A DNA stretch of 32,000 nucleotides. It comes from Propionibacteriaceae bacterium (GTDB taxonomy: Bacteria > Actinomycetota > Actinomycetes > Propionibacteriales > Propionibacteriaceae). Below the pieces are notes generated by a model. It was not told where the DNA came from, searched no databases, and saw only the letters and a list, made by a program, of their open reading frames with translations. Shown here piece by piece: positions 15,027-24,648 of the stretch (position 1 is the first letter of the stretch; each line of letters opens with the position of its first letter). The DNA is taken from assembly GCA_031256725.1 (NCBI GenBank), contig JAIRQE010000019.1, positions 1-32,000 of the forward strand, written 5' to 3'. The position numbers and the translations under genes are program-made.

Positions 15027-17351
15027 TTACCGCTGAGTAGTAATCACCCATTGTTCTTCGCGTGAGATTGTGATGGATCCATGTTCGTCTGTACGTATCA
15101 CCTCCATTCCCGCATTGACCAGAGTCGAGACTGTCGAGGGCGCTGGATGCCCATAGCTATTGCCCTTCCCCACCCCAATGACCGCAATCCGTGCTTGAGT
15201 GGCTTCCAGGAACTCCGTCTCATGTCGAGCCGATCCATGATGAGGTACCTTGAGAATGTCGACCTTCAATGCCTCCAGATCAGTCATCGCTGCTTGTTGT
15301 CCGAGGTTTTCAATATCTCCTGTTATAAGCAGACTCATGGAGTCGGTATCCACACGGACAACCAAGGATTCATCATTCTCAGTAGCGGATTCACCTTGTA
15401 CGGTACTGGGCAATACCGACTGCCAGGCTGACAGTATTGCTATCCTCGCTTCCCCGACTTGCCCCATCGTTCCTTTTTCTCCGATCGAGATGGGAATCCC
15501 CTTGGCCGCAGCACGTTCCAGTACCTCAGCAGAATATCCTCCTCCACGAGGAACCAAGAGAGCCTTGATGGGAATCGATGAGATCACCTCCTCAAACCCA
15601 CCACTATGATCAGCATGAAAGTGAGTGAGTACCAGCAGTGAGATCTGACGAATCCCAAGTTGTTGAATACATGTGGTGATGGATTCACCTTCCGGTCCCA
15701 CATCGAAAACTATTGCTTCACCTTCACCTGTACGTACCGCCAGAGCATCACCTTGTCCCACATCACACATGGCGACAGTCCAGTTGTGTCCTGGCCACCC
15801 TGGCTGATAGGGAGGCAGTACCATGAGCGAAACCATAATTGATGTTGCAAGGAGTACCACCCATGCCCGACCCAGTAGTGTCGGCATGACCCACGCCATC
15901 ACGACACACGCCGCCACAATGATAACCATGGCTACTATCGTTGTGGGCCAGGGATAAGAGGCTCCTGGAAGGGAGGCAAGATTATGTCCAACAATAAGTA
16001 TCGGTTGAGCGCACCATCCAGCGACATATCCCGCCCAACTAGCGATAACAGGGCTTACCGGAGAAATAAGAGCCGCAACGAATCCAAGAACTGTTGCTGG
16101 AGCAACCCAGGGTCCTGCAGCCGCATTCGCAAGGATACCCGCCACACTCACCGCTCCCGAGAGCCAACAGATGACCGGTTGGGTTGCGATCTGTGCTGCC
16201 AAAGGAATCGCCATCGCCTCTGCGACCCAACCAGGCAACCACCGTTCAAGAACCTGCGACCACCGTCGACCCCAGACAATGATCCCCAAGCAAGCCAGGA
16301 TTGACAAAATGAATCCCATAGATCGACTCATCCACGGGTCTATCCAACACAATCCAATCACTGCCAACGATAGGCTTGCTAAGCCTGCACCCCTTCCAGA
16401 GCCTCGACCCACCGCGGCGAGAGTGACGATACCCATCGCCGAGGCCCGCAGAACACTCGGTTCCGAGTGACACAGAGCGATAAAGACAGCGACCCCCACT
16501 ACGGAAATAACAGTCAACCATCGCCCACGCACACCCATATATCGAGCAATAACCGACAGAAATGAGAGCATGATCGCCAAGTTCGCACCTGAGACTGCTG
16601 TGAGGTGGGTCAACCCAGTTTTTCGAAAATCGTCAGTGAGTGACACAGGCATCGTGGATGTATCTCCCACAACGAGAGCAGGCACCAGCGAAGCATGCTC
16701 TGAGGGACTCCGGTACATCGCATTCCTCAGCCCGGATCTCATAGATTCGATCACACTTTGCCATACAGGTGGAGGTCGAATGATCTGGGCCTCACCAAGT
16801 ACTGACATGGTCACTGAGGCAAGATCACTTCTGTCAGCCGACCCAAGTTTCACAGTCACTGAAATCAGGGATCCGGCAGGCAAACCTAACCATTGTTCCG
16901 TATAACTAGTCGGAACAAAGAGCACCACTGGTTGTCGGATTTTAAAGGTTTGACCAGCAATGGTCCCACTGTGGCAGGTGGCATTGACCACAGCCATCCC
17001 CCAGGTTGGGCTCAATCGGGCATTCTGTATAACAACGTCAACCTCAACCACTGCGGTCTTCTCAGCCGCCTCAACAAGGGGACCATGCCCTGAACTCCAA
17101 ACCCGCAAACCACCGACTACAAGGCAGGACACCATCATCACACCAAGAACCATGACCTGAAGTCGAACTCGATCAGAGAGCTTAGCCTTCCCTATCGCCA
17201 GAACAGCACCACTGATTCCAGCCACCCCAACACAGATCCACATTCCCCATTCCCAGCCTGTGATCAGCCACATTCCACCCCAGACGGCCAGAGCTGGGGG
17301 CACCAAGCGTAGATCACCTACGGAAACTGGGGTTTCTTCATCGATCATCAC
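15027..17351 (-). CDS. comEC: DNA internalization competence protein ComEC/Rec2
   Basis: 774-aa polytopic membrane protein. The C-terminal metallo-beta-lactamase domain has LVLTHFHADHSGG. An alternative ATG at 17348 overlaps the comEA stop by 1 nt (TGATG). Confidence 0.92.
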   Translation of the reverse strand: MMIDEETPVSVGDLRLVPPALAVWGGMWLITGWEWGMWICVGVAGISGAVLAIGKAKLSDRVRLQVMVLGVMMVSCLVVGGLRVWSSGHGPLVEAAEKTAVVEVDVVIQNARLSPTWGMAVVNATCHSGTIAGQTFKIRQPVVLFVPTSYTEQWLGLPAGSLISVTVKLGSADRSDLASVTMSVLGEAQIIRPPPVWQSVIESMRSGLRNAMYRSPSEHASLVPALVVGDTSTMPVSLTDDFRKTGLTHLTAVSGANLAIMLSFLSVIARYMGVRGRWLTVISVVGVAVFIALCHSEPSVLRASAMGIVTLAAVGRGSGRGAGLASLSLAVIGLCWIDPWMSRSMGFILSILACLGIIVWGRRWSQVLERWLPGWVAEAMAIPLAAQIATQPVICWLSGAVSVAGILANAAAGPWVAPATVLGFVAALISPVSPVIASWAGYVAGWCAQPILIVGHNLASLPGASYPWPTTIVAMVIIVAACVVMAWVMPTLLGRAWVVLLATSIMVSLMVLPPYQPGWPGHNWTVAMCDVGQGDALAVRTGEGEAIVFDVGPEGESITTCIQQLGIRQISLLVLTHFHADHSGGFEEVISSIPIKALLVPRGGGYSAEVLERAAAKGIPISIGEKGTMGQVGEARIAILSAWQSVLPSTVQGESATENDESLVVRVDTDSMSLLITGDIENLGQQAAMTDLEALKVDILKVPHHGSARHETEFLEATQARIAVIGVGKGNSYGHPAPSTVSTLVNAGMEVIRTDEHGSITISREEQWVITTQR

Positions 17352-18142
17352 ACACTCACATAGGGTTCAATCTGAGCAAAGGTCTTCGGACCGATGCCAC
17401 TCACCTCTTGGAGTTGAGACACGGAGTTGAAGGACCCATTCTTATCCCTCCATGCCAAAATGGCCTTAGCCGTGACCGGCCCCACCCCGGGAAGGGTCTG
17501 CAATTCGGTCTCCGAAGCCCGATTCAAGTTGATCGTCACTGATGAGGAACCGGCTGAGGAAGAACTCTCCACAGCAATATCTGCATCGTGGTTACCCGTG
17601 AGTCCTATTCGTACCTCCCCTTTCGGGTCAGCGGAAGTACCTATGACCACCTGGCACCCATCAGCCAGCATCGCAGCCAAGTTTAGATCCCCCGGATCAG
17701 CATCATCACTGAATCCGCCCGCCGCTTCAACAGCATCAATCACCCGACCTCCCTCAGGCACAGTGACCACACCAGGGCTCACCACTGCCCCCACGACATG
17801 GATCATCCACGTAGGCTCTGGGGTAACCGTAGGCTCTGGAGGAGACCACGAAAGAGCCTGAGTTTCTTCAGCCACCGGCTCTTCAAGTGGTACAGCCTGA
17901 GCCCTCATAACCATCCATGTAGCCAGGATCACAGCAGCCAATGCCAAAGACGAGAGCACCTTCACATGGTGGGTGGTGAACTGGCGAACCCGACTCGATA
18001 CGGATACTTGAGTTTCGCCATCCTCTAGGCTCTCCTCACCCTCGGCATCCTCCATTCCAGGAAACAGCACCCCGAGGCGCACCAGGTACGAATCCTGGGA
18101 AGGGTTCACCATCTTAGTCACACTAAGACAATGGGACGCCAA
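17348..18142 (-). CDS. comEA: ComEA-type DNA receptor (TM segment, SLBB-like domain, tandem helix-hairpin-helix)
   Basis: The C-terminal HhH pair reads INLNRASETELQTLPGVGPVTAKAILAWRDKNGSFNSVSQLQEVSGIGPKTFAQIEPYV. The SLBB-like segment reads IHVVGAVVSPGVVTVPEGGRVIDAVEAAGG. The start is ambiguous among TTG 18142, ATG 18112 and ATG 18055. Confidence 0.85.
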   Translation of the reverse strand: MASHCLSVTKMVNPSQDSYLVRLGVLFPGMEDAEGEESLEDGETQVSVSSRVRQFTTHHVKVLSSLALAAVILATWMVMRAQAVPLEEPVAEETQALSWSPPEPTVTPEPTWMIHVVGAVVSPGVVTVPEGGRVIDAVEAAGGFSDDADPGDLNLAAMLADGCQVVIGTSADPKGEVRIGLTGNHDADIAVESSSSAGSSSVTINLNRASETELQTLPGVGPVTAKAILAWRDKNGSFNSVSQLQEVSGIGPKTFAQIEPYVSV

Positions 18143-18166
18143 AACCCTCTTTTGTCACCGAACCAG

Positions 18167-18209
18167 GAAACTGTGGATAACTTCAGGAAGTTTTCGGATC
18201 TGTGGATAA
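18167..18209 (-). promoter_or_regulatory. Two direct perfect DnaA-box 9-mers (TTATCCACA on the minus strand), 29 bp apart, upstream of comEA
   Basis: TGTGGATAA occurs at 18172-18180 and 18201-18209 on the plus strand. The 17-mer GAAACTGTGGATAACTT (18167-18183) is identical to 22484-22500. Confidence 0.5.
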
Positions 18210-18256
18210 CCCAGGAACCTTAGTCAACATGATGGCCCTGGAACGCGAATCCGACA

Positions 18257-20746
18257 TTACCCTTGAGGGACGATGGACACCATCTTGGGTGCTCGCACGA
18301 TGACCTTAGCTACCGGACGCCCGGCCAGGAACTTCTGTACGTTCTCGTCAGCGAGGGCTAATTCTTCTGCCTCAGCCTCGCTGATTGACGCTGGTACCTC
18401 GATCTTTGCGCGTACTTTTCCTTGTACTTGGACGGCCATAGTAACGGACAATGCTGTTTTGAGGTTCACATCAGGTTGTGGCCAATTCGTTTGTGCCACT
18501 GAGGGTTCGTGTCCAAGGATCTCCCACATTTCTTCGGCCACATAGGGTGCGAACAATGATAGGGCGATGGTAGTCCATTCGGCGGCTTCTCGTACTGCTG
18601 GATCGCTGGGGCCCGCACCCGAATCAATGGCTTTACGGGTCGCATTGACCAACTCCATGAGGCGAGCTACACAGACGTTGAATCGGCGAATCTCCAGCAG
18701 GTCGGTGATTTCGGCGAGGGTACGGTGGGTGATTCGGCGCAGATCCTCATCACCTGCGGCAGGATCTGTACCCACTGGGCTGGCTACGTCACAGGCGATA
18801 CGCCAGGCCCTTTGAAGGAATCTCAGAGTCGCTGCTGGTGAAACATCAGCCCAGTCGATGTCGTCTTCTGGGGGGCCCGCAAAAACAACAGTGGTACGAA
18901 TGGCATCAACACCGAACTTATCGATCTGCGCACCCAAGTCCACACCATTGCCCAGGGACTTCGACATTGCCTTGCCCTCGTTGATGACTTGACCCTGATT
19001 CAGCAAACGACTGAATGGCTCAGTGAAGTCGATCATCTTTTGGTCATAGAGAACCTTCGTGAAGAAGCGTGAATAGAGCAGGTGAAGGATGGCGTGCTCA
19101 ACCCCGCCAACATATTGGTCGACAGGCATCCACTTCGCAACCTCCGACCCATCAAAGGCGACCGTGTCATCCTGAGGCGAACAGTAGCGGAAGAAGTACC
19201 ACGATGAGTCCACGAAAGTATCCATGGTATCGGCATCACGGGTTGCCGGCCCCCCACATTTCGGGCAGGTGGTATTCACCCAGTCGCTCGCCCCGGCCAA
19301 AGGGGAGGTTCCCTTCGGCGCGAGGGCACTCCCACGCAGATCAGGTAGTTCGACTGGTAACTGATCCTCGGGTACAGGGACCTCACCGTCGGCTTCACAG
19401 TGGATGATCGGGATCGGACATCCCCAGAAACGCTGACGGGAGAGCAGCCAGTCTCGTAGACGATAGGTCACGGCTGCCTCGCCTGTACCATCGCTGGTGA
19501 GTTTCTCGTTGATGGTGGCGATCCCGGACTTCTTGTCGGTTAACCCGTTGAGGGGCCCGGAGTTGATGTACACCCCATCTCCTGCTGTGGCGATCCCAGA
19601 TTCTCGGGGGTCCTCTTCACCAGTATCGATGACGACCGTGACATCCAGACCATATTTGCGCGCGAAGTCAAGGTCTCGCTGGTCGTGGGCTGGTACGGCC
19701 ATGATCGCGCCCGTACCATATTCGCTGAGTACATAGTCTGCAGCCCACATTGGCATCTTGTCACCAGTCAAAGGATTGGTGGCATAGCAGCCCAGGAAGA
19801 CTCCTGTCTTCTCTCGTTCTGTTGACTGTCTCTCGATTTCAGTGGCCTGCTTGGTACGGTCGAGGTAGGCCTCAAAATCTGCACGATATTCCTCGGTAAC
19901 AAGCTCAGATGCCAGGTCAGCATCTGGTGCAACCACCATGAAGGTCGCACCATAGAGAGTGTCCGGTCGAGTTGTGAACACTCGTACAGGAGTCTCGCGT
20001 CCCTCGATAGGGAAATCCACAAAGGCACCCTCAGAGCGCCCAATCCAGTTGCGTTGCATAGCCAGCACACGATCAGGCCACTTGCCTTCCAACTGAACCA
20101 TGTCGTCTAGGAGACGTTGGGCGTAGTCAGTGATCTTGAAGTACCACTGGGTTAACTGTCGCTTCGTCACGAGGTTGTGGCACCTCTCACAAGCACCTTG
20201 AACAACCTGCTCATTGGCGAGAACAGTCTGGCAACTTGGACACCAGTTGACGTACCCACCCTTGCGATAGGCCAAACCCAACTTGTAGAAGAGCAGGAAC
20301 AACCATTGGGTCCAGCGATAGTACTCAGTATCGGAGGTGTGCAGACGCCTAGACCAGTCCATACTCAAGGCATAACGCTTGAAGGAGCGTGCCTGGGTTT
20401 CGATGTTTGCATAGGTCCATTCGGCAGGATGGGTACCGCGGATGATGGCTGCGTTTTCTGCAGGCAACCCGAAGGAGTCCCAACCAATGGGATGCAAGAC
20501 ATCGTAGCCGAGCAGTTTCCAGTAACGGGCAACAACATCACCCATGACGAAAGCCTCCGCGTGCCCCATATGTAGATCGCCTGAGGGATAGGAGAACATG
20601 TCAAGAACATAGCGCCGCTCTTTTGTACCATCATCAAGTGGGCGGAAGGTCTCATACTCAGACCAATAGGCTTGCCACTTCTCCTGTGCCGCACGGGCAT
20701 CATATTCGGCGGGAGCATTCTGCTCGCTCACGTCTTCTCCTTCCAT
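18257..20746 (-). CDS. leuS: Leucine--tRNA ligase
   Basis: 829-aa ORF with class I motifs: the HIGH variant ([11 protein letters not shown]) and a KMSKS-like motif ([10 protein letters not shown]). The start is probably GTG 20731 ([10 protein letters not shown]...), because AAGGAG lies 5 nt upstream of it. Confidence 0.97.
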   Translation of the reverse strand: MEGEDVSEQNAPAEYDARAAQEKWQAYWSEYETFRPLDDGTKERRYVLDMFSYPSGDLHMGHAEAFVMGDVVARYWKLLGYDVLHPIGWDSFGLPAENAAIIRGTHPAEWTYANIETQARSFKRYALSMDWSRRLHTSDTEYYRWTQWLFLLFYKLGLAYRKGGYVNWCPSCQTVLANEQVVQGACERCHNLVTKRQLTQWYFKITDYAQRLLDDMVQLEGKWPDRVLAMQRNWIGRSEGAFVDFPIEGRETPVRVFTTRPDTLYGATFMVVAPDADLASELVTEEYRADFEAYLDRTKQATEIERQSTEREKTGVFLGCYATNPLTGDKMPMWAADYVLSEYGTGAIMAVPAHDQRDLDFARKYGLDVTVVIDTGEEDPRESGIATAGDGVYINSGPLNGLTDKKSGIATINEKLTSDGTGEAAVTYRLRDWLLSRQRFWGCPIPIIHCEADGEVPVPEDQLPVELPDLRGSALAPKGTSPLAGASDWVNTTCPKCGGPATRDADTMDTFVDSSWYFFRYCSPQDDTVAFDGSEVAKWMPVDQYVGGVEHAILHLLYSRFFTKVLYDQKMIDFTEPFSRLLNQGQVINEGKAMSKSLGNGVDLGAQIDKFGVDAIRTTVVFAGPPEDDIDWADVSPAATLRFLQRAWRIACDVASPVGTDPAAGDEDLRRITHRTLAEITDLLEIRRFNVCVARLMELVNATRKAIDSGAGPSDPAVREAAEWTTIALSLFAPYVAEEMWEILGHEPSVAQTNWPQPDVNLKTALSVTMAVQVQGKVRAKIEVPASISEAEAEELALADENVQKFLAGRPVAKVIVRAPKMVSIVPQG

Positions 20747-20820
20747 AGACCTTGGCGAAGTCTACCAAGCCTAGGCTTTCCTTAGTTGTGGGACCCCTCA
20801 ATTTCAGACACGATTGACCC

Positions 20821-21510
20821 ATGGCTGAACCTATGAGATCTCTCGCATCAAAACTGAACTGGCTTCGAGCAGGCGTACTTGGAGCAAATGATGGCATTGT
20901 CTCTGTTGCAGGTCTCGTCATGGGTGTCGCTGGAGCAACCCAGAATTCCGCAGCTCTTTTCATCGCAGGTCTGGCAGGGCTGGTAGCAGGAGCCCTGTCG
21001 ATGGCAGGAGGTGAGTACGTCTCAGTCTCCACACAAAAAGACACTGAACTTGCAGCAGTACAAAAGGTACGCGAACTTCTTGAAGCTGATCCTGAAAAGG
21101 CCATGGCAGATCTCAGCGCAGTCTATGAAAACCAGGGATGTACAAGGGAACTAGCAAACCAGGTGGCTAGGACCCTCAATGATCATGATGCGATTGCCAC
21201 CCACACTCAGGCTCAGTACGGGATCTCCGCCCACGAACAAACCTCACCTTGGATTGCAGCATTTGCGTCCTTTATCGCCTTCACCATGGGAGCACTGATC
21301 CCTCTAATTGCTATGGTGTGTGCTTCAGTTTCAGTACGCGTGATCTCAACCTCAGTTGCTGTTATGGTGGCCCTCGCCCTGACCGGCTCAATTTCAGCAT
21401 GGTTGGGTGGAGCGAACATCTCAAGGGCTGTTCTCCGCAACTGTTTGGTTGGTGCCCTGACCATGGGCATAACCTACCTGGTTGGGAACATGGTTGGGAT
21501 ACACATCTAA
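20821..21510 (+). CDS. VIT1/CCC1-family (Fe/Mn) transporter
   Basis: 229-aa ORF. It has the signature LRAGVLGANDGIVSVAGLVMGVAGA and C-terminal TM helices. Confidence 0.85.
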   Translation: MAEPMRSLASKLNWLRAGVLGANDGIVSVAGLVMGVAGATQNSAALFIAGLAGLVAGALSMAGGEYVSVSTQKDTELAAVQKVRELLEADPEKAMADLSAVYENQGCTRELANQVARTLNDHDAIATHTQAQYGISAHEQTSPWIAAFASFIAFTMGALIPLIAMVCASVSVRVISTSVAVMVALALTGSISAWLGGANISRAVLRNCLVGALTMGITYLVGNMVGIHI

Positions 21511-21524
21511 TCAGGGTGACTAGG

Positions 21525-22439
21525 TTAAGAAGCTTTTTCCAGGGGTATACAGTTCATCTCCAACCATTTCGATGAATGCAGCCCCTGATGAGAGATCATT
21601 GACAGGGTCACCACCAAGGGATAGTTAGGGTCGAGAGCTTCGGCCTCTTTCAGACAGATATTCATCACAGTTCCCTCTCCAGCAATCCAAGCAACCATCC
21701 CCGTTACTGCGAGTACAGGGACCCGAATAACCACCGGTGTTCTACGCAACACCTCCTTCCAGAATCCAAGACTGGTTTTCGCGGACTCATGGGTGAGTAT
21801 CTTCCATACCTCATCGCGAGCCGCTCCCTCAGATATCGCCACTGCAACATCAAGGTAATCCCTATCATCTAGCGAAACCTTCTGGCTCCATCTGTCGATG
21901 AAACCAACCACTGACTTCCCCAGTTCATGGGCAGGCAAGTCGTCATGGGCATCCAGGAACTCAACAAGGGTTTCAAGAAGATCATCCTCACGAAGACCTT
22001 TGGGAGATGCTATGGAGGCTGCAATGTCTTCACGACTCATGGGTACAGATAACCCGTACGAAAGTGACCTCCCAGAACTCATCTGCTCCTCGTCAGCAAA
22101 CCACCATCGATCCTGGTCAACGATGAGAGCATCCACAACCTCAACTTCCAAAGATTGACGTACGATCCCGATGGCCTTCTGAACATGACGACGATGCCCG
22201 TACCCCACCAAGAGAACCCTCGCCTCAGGTGAAGAACATAGATCCGATAACCGCTCGTCAATCCATCGCAGTCCATCTTCCTCACACGCAATGTCTAGAT
22301 CCCAGCGAGCGGTCACATGGAGAAGGTGGCCTCTCATCACGACAGCCACCATGGATTGAGTTGGATGGAAACCAAAGACATGAGGGACAGCCTCCAATAA
22401 CTCCTGTGGTGATCGGATGGTCTTTCTATTTCGATTCAT
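21525..22439 (-). CDS. DUF4192-like actinobacterial protein of unknown function
   Basis: 304-aa ORF. The N-terminus IRSPQELLEAVPHVFGFHPTQSMVAVVM matches my memory of the DUF4192 N-terminal pattern. Confidence 0.7.
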   Translation of the reverse strand: MNRNRKTIRSPQELLEAVPHVFGFHPTQSMVAVVMRGHLLHVTARWDLDIACEEDGLRWIDERLSDLCSSPEARVLLVGYGHRRHVQKAIGIVRQSLEVEVVDALIVDQDRWWFADEEQMSSGRSLSYGLSVPMSREDIAASIASPKGLREDDLLETLVEFLDAHDDLPAHELGKSVVGFIDRWSQKVSLDDRDYLDVAVAISEGAARDEVWKILTHESAKTSLGFWKEVLRRTPVVIRVPVLAVTGMVAWIAGEGTVMNICLKEAEALDPNYPLVVTLSMISHQGLHSSKWLEMNCIPLEKAS

Positions 22440-22483
22440 ACCCTGACCATGGTCTCTGGCAGTGTACTTATGCTAGAAAAAGC

Positions 22484-22527
22484 GAAACTGTGGATAACTT
22501 TTGAATCCAGGAGAAACCTTGGGATAA
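22484..22527 (-). promoter_or_regulatory. DnaA-box module copy 2: one perfect (22489-22497) and one degenerate (22519-27) box, 30 bp apart, upstream of the DUF4192 gene
   Basis: It contains the 17-nt identity to 18167-18183. On the minus strand the perfect box lies about 14 nt upstream of a TAGCAT -10-like hexamer. Confidence 0.45.
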
Positions 22528-22572
22528 CTTGGTCCCTGGTGACTCAGGAGTAACCTATCAACCGCATAGTAG

Positions 22573-24069
22573 CTATATCCCCTTGTCGGTTGAGGGGTCT
22601 GGATTCTCATCGGGCTGTTTCTTGGCTTTAAGGTGTTTAAGTTTCCCACCAGCAGGATTCGCAATCTGGTGTTTGGGAGCCTGGTCTGTACCTCGGTTAA
22701 GCAACTGATTCCATGTACGCGGAATCATCATGAGACGTTCACTCACAGGGCGCCCGAAGAAGATCCCAAGACTTGCTCCCGCTGCAATAGCCAAGGCCAC
22801 GGCCGCAGCAGTACCCAAGGTGGTACCCCCCAAACTTGGATCAGGATCAGCGTTATTGGTTCCCACGGTTTGTAACAGCCCCATGTATAGGGCCATACCT
22901 GGTACGAATGGAACACCCATGGCGTTGATCACACCGAAGGTCGGAATCCGATGGAATCGTCGTACCAAGATCGTGGCGATGAAGGCAGCAACCATAGGAC
23001 CCGCGAAGGAGGCGATCACAGTACTCGCATCCAAGGTCTGAACAAGCAGGAAGGTCGCTCGGGCAATCAGTGTGGTCACAGCAGTCATGATGAGGGTCGG
23101 GATATTGGCATAGCGACTGATCGCCCATAGTAATGCGGTCGTCGTGGCAGCAATGAGTTGGAAGGCTGGATCCTGGGGAGTGAGAACAGATGTACTCAAA
23201 TAGACATTGATACCCAAGCGACGAGCCAGATCAAGGCCCGTCAACAACCCAATCACAAGACCTGCCGTCAGTAAAACAACTTCGAGTATCCGCGCAGTTG
23301 CAGTGACATAGAATCCATCAATGGCATCCTGTACCCCGGCAACAAACCGGGCACCCACAACCAATTGGAAGATACATCCCACAGCAATCGTAGTAGGGCT
23401 TATATATCCCAGACCCAAATCAGGGTGAGCATTCAGCCACGTAAATCCGGCAGCAATGGCAATGACCAGCCACCCGCCAAAGAGTTGCTGGAAAAAGGTT
23501 GGTAGCCCCCACTCTTTAAGCAGATATACAAACCGGTTGACAAGAAAACCAGTGATCAGCGCCAGCATGAGCATGAGTACATCACGAGTAAAGAACAACT
23601 GAACACTCATCGAAATTCCGCCAGCAGCTAACGCGGCTAAGAGAGGATGATAAGGCAACTCGCTCTTGCGTATCCGGTCGAACTTCTTGGTGGCCCGAGT
23701 GATCGACAATCCCTGTCCAATTTCACGAACCAGAGCATTGACCTTGGAGACCTTCGTCAGGTTGGAGACCACAGGCGAGACTGTACGTATAGCCGTAAAA
23801 GGTGGCATCCCTTGACCTGGATAATAGGAGGCCATAATCATATTGAGGTTGATGTCTAGCTGGGCTCGATCCAGGCCATAGGCCTGACAGATACGCCTCA
23901 TCATCACCACAGTGTCTTTAGCTGAGGCACCAGCCGAGGCAAGAACATCACCCACCCGCATTGCCAACTCGATGGCTAACCCCTCCTTGGTCGAGGGAAG
24001 TTCGCCGCGCTCACGCAACTCCTGCATGCTGACATGAGGAATCTCGATGGTTTGCGTGGTCTCGCTCAC
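22573..24069 (-). CDS. Threonine/serine exporter (ThrE) family membrane protein
   Basis: 498-aa ORF. The N-terminal cytoplasmic region (AIELAMRVGDVLASAGASAKDTVVMMRRICQAYGL) followed by about 10 TM helices is the typical ThrE layout. Confidence 0.82.
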   Translation of the reverse strand: MSETTQTIEIPHVSMQELRERGELPSTKEGLAIELAMRVGDVLASAGASAKDTVVMMRRICQAYGLDRAQLDINLNMIMASYYPGQGMPPFTAIRTVSPVVSNLTKVSKVNALVREIGQGLSITRATKKFDRIRKSELPYHPLLAALAAGGISMSVQLFFTRDVLMLMLALITGFLVNRFVYLLKEWGLPTFFQQLFGGWLVIAIAAGFTWLNAHPDLGLGYISPTTIAVGCIFQLVVGARFVAGVQDAIDGFYVTATARILEVVLLTAGLVIGLLTGLDLARRLGINVYLSTSVLTPQDPAFQLIAATTTALLWAISRYANIPTLIMTAVTTLIARATFLLVQTLDASTVIASFAGPMVAAFIATILVRRFHRIPTFGVINAMGVPFVPGMALYMGLLQTVGTNNADPDPSLGGTTLGTAAAVALAIAAGASLGIFFGRPVSERLMMIPRTWNQLLNRGTDQAPKHQIANPAGGKLKHLKAKKQPDENPDPSTDKGI

Positions 24070-24093
24070 GCAGTCATTCTACTGCCTGGCCTC

Positions 24094-24564
24094 TTATCTT
24101 TTTGTTCTTGCCCTCAAGGCACGTTCAGCCTCGCGATTGGCATCACGCTCAAGGATGGTTTGGCGCTTATCCCATTCCCTCTTACCTGTCGCCACGGCGA
24201 TGAGTACCTTCGCATAGCCGTCCTGGAAATAGATCTGCAAGGGTACGATCGTACGCCCAGCAGCGTCAGACTCCCTGGTGAGCTTGGTGATCTCTTTGCG
24301 ATGAAGGAGTAGCTTGCGAGCCCGCTTAGGGGCATGGTTAGTCCAGGTACCATAGGCGTACTCAGTGATGGTTGCGTTGCGAAGCCACACCTCTGCACCA
24401 TCCACAGTGACATAAGCATCCGTCAGGGAGGCTCGGCCGGCCCTAAGAGACTTCACCTCTGTACCTGTTAAAACAATCCCAGCCTCGAAGGTATCGTGGA
24501 GATGGTAGTCGTAACGTGCCTTCTTGTTCTGGGCAACGAGCTTACGCCCGGTCTCCTTAACCAT
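24094..24564 (-). CDS. smpB: SsrA-binding protein
   Basis: 156-aa ORF ([34 protein letters not shown]...) with an AAAGGAGGA Shine-Dalgarno upstream. Confidence 0.95.
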   Translation of the reverse strand: MVKETGRKLVAQNKKARYDYHLHDTFEAGIVLTGTEVKSLRAGRASLTDAYVTVDGAEVWLRNATITEYAYGTWTNHAPKRARKLLLHRKEITKLTRESDAAGRTIVPLQIYFQDGYAKVLIAVATGKREWDKRQTILERDANREAERALRARTKR

Positions 24565-24648
24565 GATTCCTCCTTTCGAGCGCGCAAGAGGATCATTTTA
24601 CTGGATTCCCAGGCTAGGTTACAGTTCGCGCAAAATAGCTGTTCAAGC

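Noticed and set aside
22440-24093. tmRNA (ssrA), which often lies just downstream of smpB
   Set aside because: Only 24 nt separate smpB from the ThrE-family gene. The next spacer (133 nt) is too short for a tmRNA, which I recall is several hundred nt long. I saw no tRNA-Ala-like acceptor end.
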